A stretch of DNA of 64,000 nucleotides, taken from Octopus vulgaris. Lineage: Eukaryota. A program made the position numbers and the translations under genes. The notes under the pieces are model-generated. The model had not been told where the DNA came from. It was given only the letters and a program-made list of their open reading frames with translations, and did no database searches. Each line of letters starts with the position of its first letter. Positions within the stretch are counted from its first letter, which is position 1. The stretch spans positions 210,304,001 to 210,368,000 of the forward strand of contig OX597814.1 in NCBI GenBank assembly GCA_951406725.2, given 5' to 3'. This document shows, in pieces, positions 14,052 through 24,544 of this stretch.

Positions 14052-14689
14052 AATTGTTTATTTCTATATTTCTCTCTGCTCAAGATTCCGTTTGGTTATA
14101 CTCAATATTCTACGCATCTCCTCAATTTCCAAAAGACCATCGTTTTGCATTAATGGTGCTGTGTTAAATTTACATCGTATTATGTACGCTACTGCTTCCT
14201 TTCATTAACATTTGTCGTTATATTTTTTTTAAAGTATAACGCTAGATATTATTGCTTTGTTTTTGCTACATTTTCAACATAATTTTATTACTCGTAGGAT
14301 ATCTTTCGGTTTACATTAAATCATTTTTCCTTGCAGATTTTATTGAAGTGTCTTTCGTACGGATTGAAAAAGAAATCGATTGGATTTCTATAAATAAATA
14401 AATAGGGATGTTAAATTTTTTTTACAATTAAGTAGGATTATCTGCAAAAATGATTAGCGTTATAGAGCTGGCTCTACATAGATTAATTTCAAATCATATT
14501 TATTAAATCGGCCTATCTTTGGGTTAATGCTTACTTTCTCAATAACTAATTAAATGGACGATGTTATTACCATTTCATCATTTAGATAATGAAAGTAAAG
14601 TAGGACACACTCCATTCATGAATGTTTCTAGTCATACAGTCAGAAGTTTGTTTCCCAGCAGCATGCGGTTTCTTTTGTCGGGTACGTAA

Positions 14690-14746
14690 ACTCACCAATA
14701 TGGACAAACACAGATACAGAAATATATACATACACACACATATATG

Positions 14747-14781
<35 letters not shown>

Positions 14782-14902
14782 TTGTTCTTTTAGTTTCCAT
14801 CTATCAAATACACATTCAAGATTTCGCTTGGCCACGGAGTGGGACAGAACCCGAAATCATGTGTTTGGTAAGCAAGCTTCTTACCACACAGCCACGCCCG
14901 CG
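14690..14902 (-). mobile_element. CORE-type SINE, internally deleted 5' part
   Basis: AGTGGGACAGAACCCG...CTTACCACACAGCCACGCCCGCG is the reverse complement of the family head. Confidence 0.8.
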
Positions 14903-14903
<1 letters not shown>

Positions 14904-14935
<32 letters not shown>

Positions 14936-14992
14936 CGTATATATAAATATATATATATATATATCGTATATATATATATATATATATATATC

Positions 14993-15058
<66 letters not shown>

Positions 15059-15072
15059 TATATATATATATA
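14904..15072. repeat. (TA)n with periodic TCG interruptions
   Basis: Direct reading. Confidence 0.95.
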
Positions 15073-15245
15073 ATCGTTTGCATTTGCCCCCCCCCATCAC
15101 TTCAAAACTGGTGTTGGTTTATTTACATTATCGTACGTTAGCGCCTCGGCTAAGTAAACCAACAGAATAAATTCTAAACTTTAAAAATGTACTGGAGTCG
15201 AATTACATTACAACTCTTCAAAACCGTACCTCAGTAGCTAAAAGT
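15073..15245 (+). mobile_element. Old 3' half of CORE-type SINE
   Basis: CCCCCCATCACTT...CTGGTGTTGGTTTATTTACA...TTAGCG resembles 13840-13930. Confidence 0.55.
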
Positions 15246-15877
15246 ATGTTACCGTCGTTTTAATTTTTATATATGGGAATGTGAATGCTAACGTAATATG
15301 TATCACTATTTTAATTTGATAGCTTTCATTCCATGCTGATTAATATCACATGTCTCACGATATTGCTATTCTGCGTAATATAAATAAAAAGAGAAACATA
15401 CTAACTTCAGAAAATAGCGCTAATATATAATGGATCAATTATATTATAGCAGCACTAACATATATACGTATTATATAATCCTTACAATACTAATCTTAAA
15501 AAATCATCTATATATAGAAATATAATAAGATAAGAGATTGCAACTGAAGTCGATAAAAGGGATGGATTTATAACAGAAGCAACATATACTTAGCAATTTT
15601 TGAACTATTTAGATCAGTCAACATCAGCTGCTTCCTTATTTTGGTTCTAGGCTATTTATTTATATGACTTCGCAGTCAATACAAGAATATACAAGAACCT
15701 GCCACTATATTCGGGAAAGAAACTGTTTGTTTCAGTGAAGGTTTGTCTACTTCTCAGTTGAGTATCTTTTAATATGTTTATGCTTATACACATATACAAA
15801 TATAAGTATAAAGAAACCTACATACATATGCACATACATACACGCGCACATAGATACGTACATACATACATAAAATA

Positions 15878-16108
15878 GGCGGCAAGCTGGCAGAAACGTT
15901 AGCACGCCGGGCGAACTGCTTCGCAGTATTTCGTTTGCCGTTACGTTCTGAGTTCAAATTCCGCAGAGGTCGACTTTGCCTTTCATCCTTTCGGGGTCGA
16001 TTAAATAAGTACCAGTTACGCACTGGAGTCGATCTAATCGACTTAATCCGTTTGTCTGTCCTTGTTTGTCCCTTCTGCGTTTAGCCCCTTGTGGGTAGTA
16101 AAGAAATA
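15878..16108 (+). mobile_element. Nin-domain-like tRNA SINE, full length
   Basis: Head GGCGGCAAGCTGGCAGAAACG, box B GAGTTCAAATTCC, central GCCTTTCATCCTTTCGGGGTCGATTAAATAAGTACCAG (resembles the Nin domain), tail AAAGAAATA. Confidence 0.9.
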
Positions 16109-16452
16109 CATACATGCATATATATATATATATTTATATATATTTTTGTATATGTATATTTTTATACATGTATATAGTATCTCAAAGACCGTGAGTTTCG
16201 TACATTACCACTGCCAAAGCACGAAAACCTCGGACGTTGAGTCACTTTGTTGCTTCTCCTATATATATATTTCGCATCAAAACCTACACAGTTTTACAGG
16301 TGTGGAAGTTCTAAGTTTCTTGACAGATGTAATTAAGTAGAAAGCGTAAGTTGTAGAAACGGAAATTATATTAACGATTAAATATTGTCATAATCATAGG
16401 CTTTTACATTTCAAAATCGGCCTTTATCTTTGCACCAACCTGATATATATTT

Positions 16453-16610
16453 TTTACATTATTTACATTATTTACATTTGACGGATATTTGTCCTCATCT
16501 TGTTTGTTGTTAACATAACGTTTCGGCTGATATACCCTCCAGCCTTTATTAGTTATCTTGGGGGAATTTCGAACCTGGGTTCTCATTCCTAAGGTATTTT
16601 TCTATGTTGT
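16453..16610 (-). mobile_element. Body/3' part of tRNA-headed hammerhead-containing element
   Basis: Reverse complement of 18149-18295; leads into an (AAC)n/(AAT)n tract toward the tRNA head at 17982-18057. Confidence 0.85.
16512..16558 (-). ncRNA. Degenerate minimal type I hammerhead ribozyme
   Basis: Minus strand: AGATAA CTAATAA A GGCTG gagggtatat CAGCC GAAA CG TT ATGTT. Stem II and GAAA are intact; the CUGAUGA core has two G>A changes. Confidence 0.7.
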
Positions 16611-16618
16611 TGTTGTTG

Positions 16619-16671
<53 letters not shown>

Positions 16672-16676
16672 ATAAC

Positions 16677-16740
<64 letters not shown>

Positions 16741-17278
16741 GAGTGAGAGAGCAGTGTATGCCATCAAAGTGACACTGGGGTAAAATATACAGAGCCCTGT
16801 ATACCCATCATGATTACCTGTCTGATAAGGGTACACCAGGCACATGCATCATAACCACGTATGCAACATGGTGATCTCATATCAAGATAAACAGTGCATG
16901 ACTTTGCAGGTGGGGCCCAGCTAGAATTTTCTTCAGGTTGAGAAGCCCATCCCACTCAAAAGGTCCCTGAATAAGGTTTGTTTAAGGACGTTGAACAAAA
17001 CACCCATGTTTCCAAAGGTGAATTACACAAACCCCAAATAATTCCTCTCAACACCTGGCTATGATGCTCTCCCCAGCTACTTCTGTCCGTGATCAGAGAT
17101 CCACATATCTTCAGTCACTAAGGGACATGCTCAACTGGTTAATGTCAAACAATTGGAAGCAAATCTGTGGTATTGATCAGAATATTTGCTGCAGCCCATC
17201 TTTTATGCCAAGACAAAACAATGTACATGATAACACTTCCAATTATTTAAGATCATAAGCCATGAGAGCCACTGCCTG

Positions 17279-17280
<2 letters not shown>
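16741..17280 (-). mobile_element. ~540-bp non-coding element embedded in (TAA)n, copy 1
   Basis: Sharp ends GAGTGAGAGAGCAG...CACTGCCTGGT, with (TTA)n on both sides. Strand is only inferred from a presumed (AAT)n tail. Confidence 0.85.
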
Positions 17281-17325
<45 letters not shown>

Positions 17326-17373
17326 ATTATAATAATAATAATAATAATAATAATTATTATTATTATTATTATT

Positions 17374-17916
17374 GAGTGAGAGAGCAGTGTATGCCATCAA
17401 AGTGACACTGGGGTAAAATATACAGAGCCCTGTATACCCATCATGACTACCTGTCTGATAAGTGTACACCAGGCACATGCATCATAACCACGAGTGCAAC
17501 ATGGTGATCTCATATCAAGATAAACAGTGCATGACTTTGCAGGTGGGGCCCAGTTATGAATTTTCTGAATCAGGTTGAGTAGCCCATCCCACACAAAAGG
17601 TCCCTGAATAAGGGTTGTTTAAGGATTGAACAAAACACCCATGTTTTCAAAGGTGAATTACACAATTTCAAAGAATTCCTCTCAACACCTGGCTATGATG
17701 CTCTCCCCAGCATTTACTTCTGTCCGTGATCAGAGATGCACATATCTTCAGTCACTAAGGGACATGCTCAACTGGTTAATGTTAAACATTTGGCAAGCAA
17801 ATCTGTGGTATTGATCAGAATATTTGCTGCAGCCCATCTTTTATGCCAAGACAAAACAATGCACATGATAACACTTCCAATTATTTAAGATCATAAGCCA
17901 TGAGAGCCACTGCCTG

Positions 17917-17918
<2 letters not shown>
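17374..17918 (-). mobile_element. ~540-bp non-coding element embedded in (TAA)n, copy 2
   Basis: Same termini as copy 1, scattered substitutions and small indels, (TTA)n flanks. Confidence 0.85.
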
Positions 17919-17981
<63 letters not shown>

Positions 17982-17984
<3 letters not shown>

Positions 17985-18057
17985 TTCATTGCCTGGAATC
18001 GAATTCGGAATCTTGGGGTTACTAGCCCGCGCTCTTAACCACTACACCATATGCCCC
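17982..18057 (-). mobile_element. tRNA-derived SINE head (Pol III boxes A/B)
   Basis: Minus strand GGGGCATATGGTGTAGTGGTTAAGAGCGCGGGCTAGTAACCCCAAGATTCCGAATTCGATTCCAGGC: box A TGGTGTAGTGG, anticodon-like arm GGG-CTAGTAA-CCC, box B-like TTCGATTCC; acceptor stem not restored. Confidence 0.85.
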
Positions 18058-18083
18058 TGATGATGATAATGATGATGATACGG

Positions 18084-18132
<49 letters not shown>

Positions 18133-18148
18133 TAATAATAATAACAAG

Positions 18149-18337
18149 AACATCGAAAATACCTTAAGAATGAGAAGCCAGGTTCGAAAATTCCCCAAGA
18201 CGCCTGATGAAAGCTGAAGGGTATATCAGACGAAACATGTTAACAACAAACAAGATGAGGACAAATATCCGTCAAATATAAATAATGTAAATGACGTAAT
18301 AAATGTACATAATTCCTCACCTCTAAAATATAGAATT
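18149..18337 (+). mobile_element. Inverted headless copy of hammerhead-containing element
   Basis: Matches the reverse complement of 16453-16610 and extends further 3' (AATTCCTCACCTCTAAAATATAGAA); preceded by (TAA)n. Confidence 0.85.
18198..18241 (+). ncRNA. Degenerate minimal type I hammerhead ribozyme
   Basis: AGACGC CTGATGA A AGCTG aagggtatat CAGAC GAAA CATGTT. The CUGAUGA (18204-18210) and GAAA (18232-18235) boxes are intact; stem II is partly mismatched and the stem III/cleavage triplet is shortened. Confidence 0.7.
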
Positions 18338-18430
18338 GTACAAACATGATATATATATGCACAGAGAGAATACCTATATATACGAATATGTTCGTATATA
18401 TATATATATACATATATATTTCTCAGTGTG

Positions 18431-18516
<86 letters not shown>

Positions 18517-19230
18517 TTGAGTAAATATTTGTTTGTTTGTGTAATAATCGATTACATTACACTCATCTAATTTTATAAATAACGATTTTTATAAATATCT
18601 TTCACTCTAAAAACACTTTATATATTACCCTGGTAGGAGACATTTTTATGCAGTACACACATAAGGGATATGGAACATTTTCTACAACGTCATAATACAG
18701 CAACATATAACAGTTTCATAGTTTCATTCAAACACAAATTGAAGAATAATATGAAAATTACTAGAATAAGCAAACGCAAAATGAAAAATGCTTTTATTAA
18801 AAATCTGAACACATGAATGATATAAGCTGTTAATGGATATTGATTTTATTTTAATCTGCAGCTTCCTATTTCCGTTATCAATATTTTGGTAAATCTTAAA
18901 ATGCATTCATAAGAAACAAACTAATATATATATATATATATATACATATGTCTGTGTGTGTTTTGTAGCGGGAAAGAGATATATAGAAAATGATGAGAGT
19001 AAGGTAGAGGATGCTAAGTATATGATATATGATGATAGACAGATTTACATAGAGAACATAAAATGAAGTCAAGGAAGAGAAAAAAGATAGAGTGGTAATG
19101 AGGGAAGCATTGTGTAAAGAAAAATGGCAGTTGAAATGCAGAAAAGGTTTTTCATATAGTGAAATACTATTGTAGAAATGTGACAACAGTGAGTTGATGG
19201 GAAACAAACACCACCGCAACATATATATAT

Positions 19231-19375
19231 ACAGAGAGAGAGAGGGGTAGAGAGAGCGGGAGAGAGAGGGAGGGAGGGAGAGAAGGAGGGAAAGAGAGAG
19301 TGAGTGAGAGAGAGAGTGAGTGGGTGAGTGAATGTCAGTGAAAGACAGACAGATTTAGAGAAAGGGAGAGAGCGA
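19231..19375. repeat. Purine-rich (GA)n low-complexity tract
   Basis: Direct reading. Confidence 0.85.
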
Positions 19376-20596
19376 TTGGCGGCAGTCAAATACGGAATAA
19401 AGGAATGGAGAAGTAGAGAACAATTAAATTAAGTAATAAAAGAAAATATGTGAACGATACACACATTTAGGTAGACCAGAACTGAGCTATTTGTTTGAAG
19501 AATAAAAGGGCTATATTCAGAAAATTAAACAAGCAGGGGGGATGAATGTATAAAATCTATAAGTTTTAATATATAATGAAACATTGAAAAAGAGAGAGAA
19601 AGAGAGAGGTGAACGAAAGCAAGATATTCAGTTGAATGCTGGATGTAATGAGAGAATAAATTTTAGGACGACAGCTACAACAATTGCTCTTACTATAAGC
19701 ATATTAAGAGAATAGCAAGTATATTGATAAAATAATAGAGGGAGAATACGTATGCACAAGATAAGTGTATAAAGTGAATTTAGATATTAATACAGATATA
19801 GATAAAATATATACTAGGTATCATAATTGTGCGCTAGAATTGTGTTTCGAGAAAATAATCGTCCAAAGTATTTGGGAGAAGACATTTGTTGAGAGCAATT
19901 GTCCGCGTGCAGTTCAAAGTTGGCGGATCTAATAACTGTATGTTACGCGGAAACGGTCAATGTGATAGCGGTATTCGATGTTCAATGCTGGTTGAAGAGA
20001 AATATACAAAAACTTTAAATTTGAGCAGTGACCTCAGGACAAACATCACTGCATATGTCCACTAATTATTTAACCAAAACGGGGAAAAGTAGTTGAACAG
20101 TTTTCAGATTTGAAATATAGAATAACTATGGCAAATATTCTCACTCACACACGATTTTTTCATGTTTTAATCCTACAAAACAAAATGATTTCTTTATTGA
20201 AGAGACTGTGGTGGAAATAAAACCAAGACAAAATACTGGAAAGGGAAATATAAGCATTTATAAAAGTTATAAAAGTTTTATGAGTATAAAAGCATAACCA
20301 AACCGGCAGAATCATCTACTTAATGCACTGAAAATTATTACGACTACCATTACATTCTGCGAATGAAATATTGAATCTATTACTGGAATGTTTGAAATTG
20401 CAACGTAGAGGGATGTTTCGTTTGCATACTACAAAATGTTTCGAAGTAAGTTGTTTTTTCTTTTTTCAAATATAGTAGGTAATAGTGAAAAATAGATAAT
20501 AATTCAAGGATTCCATCATAATTCGATTGATGACACATCCATGAAAAAATACATACAAATACACAGAGGCGAATATACTGATTCTTTTATTTTACA

Positions 20597-20639
<43 letters not shown>

Positions 20640-20657
20640 ACACATATATATCCATCA

Positions 20658-20855
20658 AGGCGGGTGACGTAGTAGTTTGGGTTGCTGTTGAACTCACAAT
20701 CGCTAAATCGCGATTTCAATTACTAGACCGGGCAGTGCGATGTGTTCTTGAGCAAAACATTTTATCTCACGTTTCTCCAATACATGACGCGCGGTACACC
20801 GTGGACTGATCAGACAACGTTGAATTTATGGAGAGAAGGACCTAACGTTCAGCAC

Positions 20856-20898
<43 letters not shown>

Positions 20899-20960
20899 AT
20901 ACACATTTTCTGGAACGTTCACTATAGACAAATCATCTGTGCAGGTCGTTCGTCCAAAGC
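20658..20960 (+). mobile_element. Old tRNA SINE interrupted by a (TA)n-containing insert
   Basis: ACCGGGCAGTGCGATGTGTTCTTGAGCAAAACATTTTATCTCACGTTTCTCCA resembles 24350-24400. Confidence 0.65.
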
Positions 20961-21187
20961 CGAACACCCATACATTGACATCGACCGGAGATTCTGTAAT
21001 ATATGATATTACAATATCATATATACACATCCATTCTCTCTCTTTCACACACACTGACACACAGAATACAAGCATACACTTATATACACTTATGAAAGTG
21101 GAGTTCTGTATAAATCGTAGTTTGTAAAATTGCAATATCTGTCATCTTTTTTAGATTACATGTGCTTCCAGAAAATGTATATCAAAG

Positions 21188-21273
<86 letters not shown>

Positions 21274-23724
21274 TATATCTCTTTCGTTCTATCTTTTTTT
21301 CTGTCTCTCACTATATATGTATAGATACACACGCACATATATATATATACATATACATGTTGTTTTTGTGTAAGTATGTATATACATAATGTATGCTTGG
21401 TTATAGAAGCGAGAAAAAGAGAAGATATTAATTTAAGAAGAGCATGTAATCTACTACCATTATCCCTCAACGTTCAATCACATTTGTTAAACGAGGAATG
21501 ATTACATAGCGTATAAAACTCGCCTTTCGCAAACTGTATAATCATCTACCCTATTTTTAACTACCACTTTGACAAGTGGCTTTGTATGAGCCTCTAGTCC
21601 CACGAGCAGCTCCTAAAGAATTTACTGATAAACATGTGAGTATGAACAAGTTATTTTTTACTTTTGCGTGTGTGTGTGTATGTATATATCCATACATATG
21701 TACATCTATCTATGTATATAATACATATGTTGGCGTGTATGTGCCTCTCTCAGTGTGTGTGTGTGTGAGTGTGTGAAGTGGGGAAACGTCATATCCTTTT
21801 CCGTTACTAGACGCATTAAAATGAAAGAAACTCCAACATCTCAGGTCATCGGGACCTTCCTATTACACCCACTGCTATCGTACTGCTCGTACGCTGAAAA
21901 CGTTTGGTTCTGTTATTAACATTAGGTCATTGCTAACGGAGGTTCCAGCTGTCAGTAGTATATTGATAAGTCAAAAATTCTGCACTCAGGACAATAACAT
22001 CTAATATTGCCTTCCTGTTTTAAGACATGATTGAGAATCATTATCAAAACATAAATACAATTCTACTGATAAATATGTATAATTCACTCACATTTTAAGG
22101 GAAGGGTATTACGAATGATAGGTACGATTTAATCTCGTTCATTGCCGTCGAATGATACTTAAATTGAGTACAGATATGTGTAGTCGATAGTTTAAACTAT
22201 TCTAAAACTCTTTAGATTGTGTACTAAAGACTGAAAGTAATTATTCGAAATCTTCCATCTCAATTCTATTGCATAAAATAATTTGTGTCAGATTATATTC
22301 TAATGGCATTTGGAAACAATCTGATGGGAATATTCAAAGACGACGAAAGAAATGCAAGTCAACTGAAGAAATTAACTTAGTGACGTGTGTGAATCATTAA
22401 TTATTATAGTCTGCATATTTCCGGTGTCGATATAATGAGTACTTTTCAGGAACTAAGGTGGAGTTAATCGATTGTGCGGTAGGAATATTGGTGGCATCAT
22501 GCCAATGTTAGATATCAGGTTTTACGCATCTCATTTAATAAAGCTATTACGCTAATAAATCGAAAAGAATTGAGAAATATACTTATTGTTGATATAGAAT
22601 TGCTGACTGCGCAGTGATCAACAGATCATATGGAGTAATAAACCACCACATACACGTCTTCTCATTTGTTATATTATCGTTGATACATACACACACACAC
22701 ACGAAAAAAAAAAAAAAAAAAATACGTAACTGTTTAGACACATATAGACAAATACATTCATATAGATAAATAGATAGACAAACAGATAGATAGATGACTA
22801 ATGATATATTGGAAGCATCTCTTAGTTTCGCGGGTGATAGACGTTCGCCCAGATCGACTCGGTTTATTCTTGTTCGATCTGCAGTGTCACTGTAACTTTA
22901 GAGTCCCACAATCGAGTGATAGCTGCAGTTGTAGTGATTGCAGTGTAGCTACGGCAATGATTGTAGTGTGCAGCCCCATTATTAGTGCTGTTCTTCAGCT
23001 GATTGTTAACATCCATAGGGGACATTAACAATCATACATATACCTATACCTATGCCATATACTTATATGTATAGCCATACATATACCTAGAAGCATACTG
23101 CCCCTTTATCCTGTGTAGGTTGAGACTTAGATGAGAAAACTATTTTTCCCCTTTAAAATTCACGACAAATATTTCAACGTAAAAAATCTATACATTTCGT
23201 CTACAAAAATATTGGTAAATTTGGATAATTGTTATTTTATATAGCTAAAGTATATGTGTAACCTAAACTTACTTTCTGTAGAACTAAAGCAACACGGAGA
23301 TTTAAAAAAAAAAAACATCAACGTAATATAATTTAAATTCCATGTATCCTTGTGTAATTATGTGGTCCATTAAATTCGATATAACGACGCATTAGACATT
23401 TACATCAGTAAAATGGAGGTAAATAGATAAACCACCAAATATAAATCTCTGAGTCTGTACTAGCAACTTACCCTAAACATAACTGCTCCTTTGGCAAAGG
23501 AACTTTGCGTATGCATATAAAGCGACAGCAGTGAATATATTAGAAAATAAGTATAAAGCAAACAAATAATATCTGGTTGTCCACTCAAAATAGCCAACTT
23601 CCTAGCAAACTATCGATAACGTAATAACTTAGTACCAGATACGTTTTACTCATTTACCTGCGAGCAGCAAAGTGTGTGCATATATAACTCAAATAGTCAT
23701 GATACATGCTATATCAAAAATATA

Positions 23725-23953
23725 GGCGAGCTAGCAGAAACGTTAGCAAGCCGGGCGAAATGCTTAGCGGTATTTCATCTGCCGTTACGTTCTGAGTTCA
23801 AATTCCGCCGACGTCGACTTTGCCTTTCATTCTTTCGGGGTCGATTAAATAAGTACCAGATACGCATTGGGAACAATGCAATCGACTTAATCTTTTTGTT
23901 TGTCCCTTCTGTGTTTATCCCCCAACCCCGCCCCCGTGGACAATAAAGAAATA
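23725..23953 (+). mobile_element. Nin-domain-like SINE, full length
   Basis: Closely similar to 15878-16108. Confidence 0.9.
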
Positions 23954-24278
23954 TATATTAAAATATATTTGTTAAACTAATTTGAAAGAATCGTTCTCGA
24001 AAATTATTAACGTATTTATAACAATGCCTCAAATGTGTGATGCAGAACAATTTTGTTGTTTTCTGTATTAAAGGGTTTAAATACATACGTCTCTTCCACT
24101 ACATTTCTCATGTCTAGCTGAAATACGTTTAAACTGCCTTCTTTATAATATTCCATTAATTCGTGAGAATCTATTGGTGTGGAACTATGATTCAGAATAT
24201 ACGTATATACAATTTTTTATATTAATTAAATTTAGGAAATAGCTAAATTAAGAATACTAAAAAATAACATCATGGCTT

Positions 24279-24544
24279 GTGGAGGCGAGTGGCTTAGTGG
24301 TCAGGGTGTCAGCATCATGATCGTAAGATTGTGGTTTCGATTCCGGGTCCGGGTGACGCATTGTCTTCTTGAGCAAAACAGTTAATTTCACGTTGCTCCA
24401 GTCCACTCAGCTGGCAAAAATTAGTAATGCTACGAATGGACTGGCGTCCCGTCCAGCTGGGGAACACATACGCCATAGAAACCGGGAAACCGGGCCCATG
24501 AGCCTGGCTAAGCTTTAAAAAGTGCGCATTTATTTATTTTAATG
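24279..24544 (+). mobile_element. tRNA SINE (head B + tail Y), full length
   Basis: Box A TGGCTTAGTGG, box B TTCGATTCC, body ACGTTGCTCCAGTCCACTCAGCTGG, tail TGGACTGGCGTCCCGTCCAG; 9-bp TSD TCATGGCTT (24270-24278, 24545-24553). Confidence 0.92.

Noticed and set aside
17982-18057. Functional tRNA-Thr(AGT) gene
   Set aside because: Acceptor stem does not pair, the anticodon stem is weak and there is no oligo-T terminator; it is better explained as a SINE head.
16605-18145. CRISPR-like or telomeric array
   Set aside because: Eukaryotic context; the repeats are simple (TAA)n, not TTAGGG, and the intervening units are duplicates rather than unique spacers.
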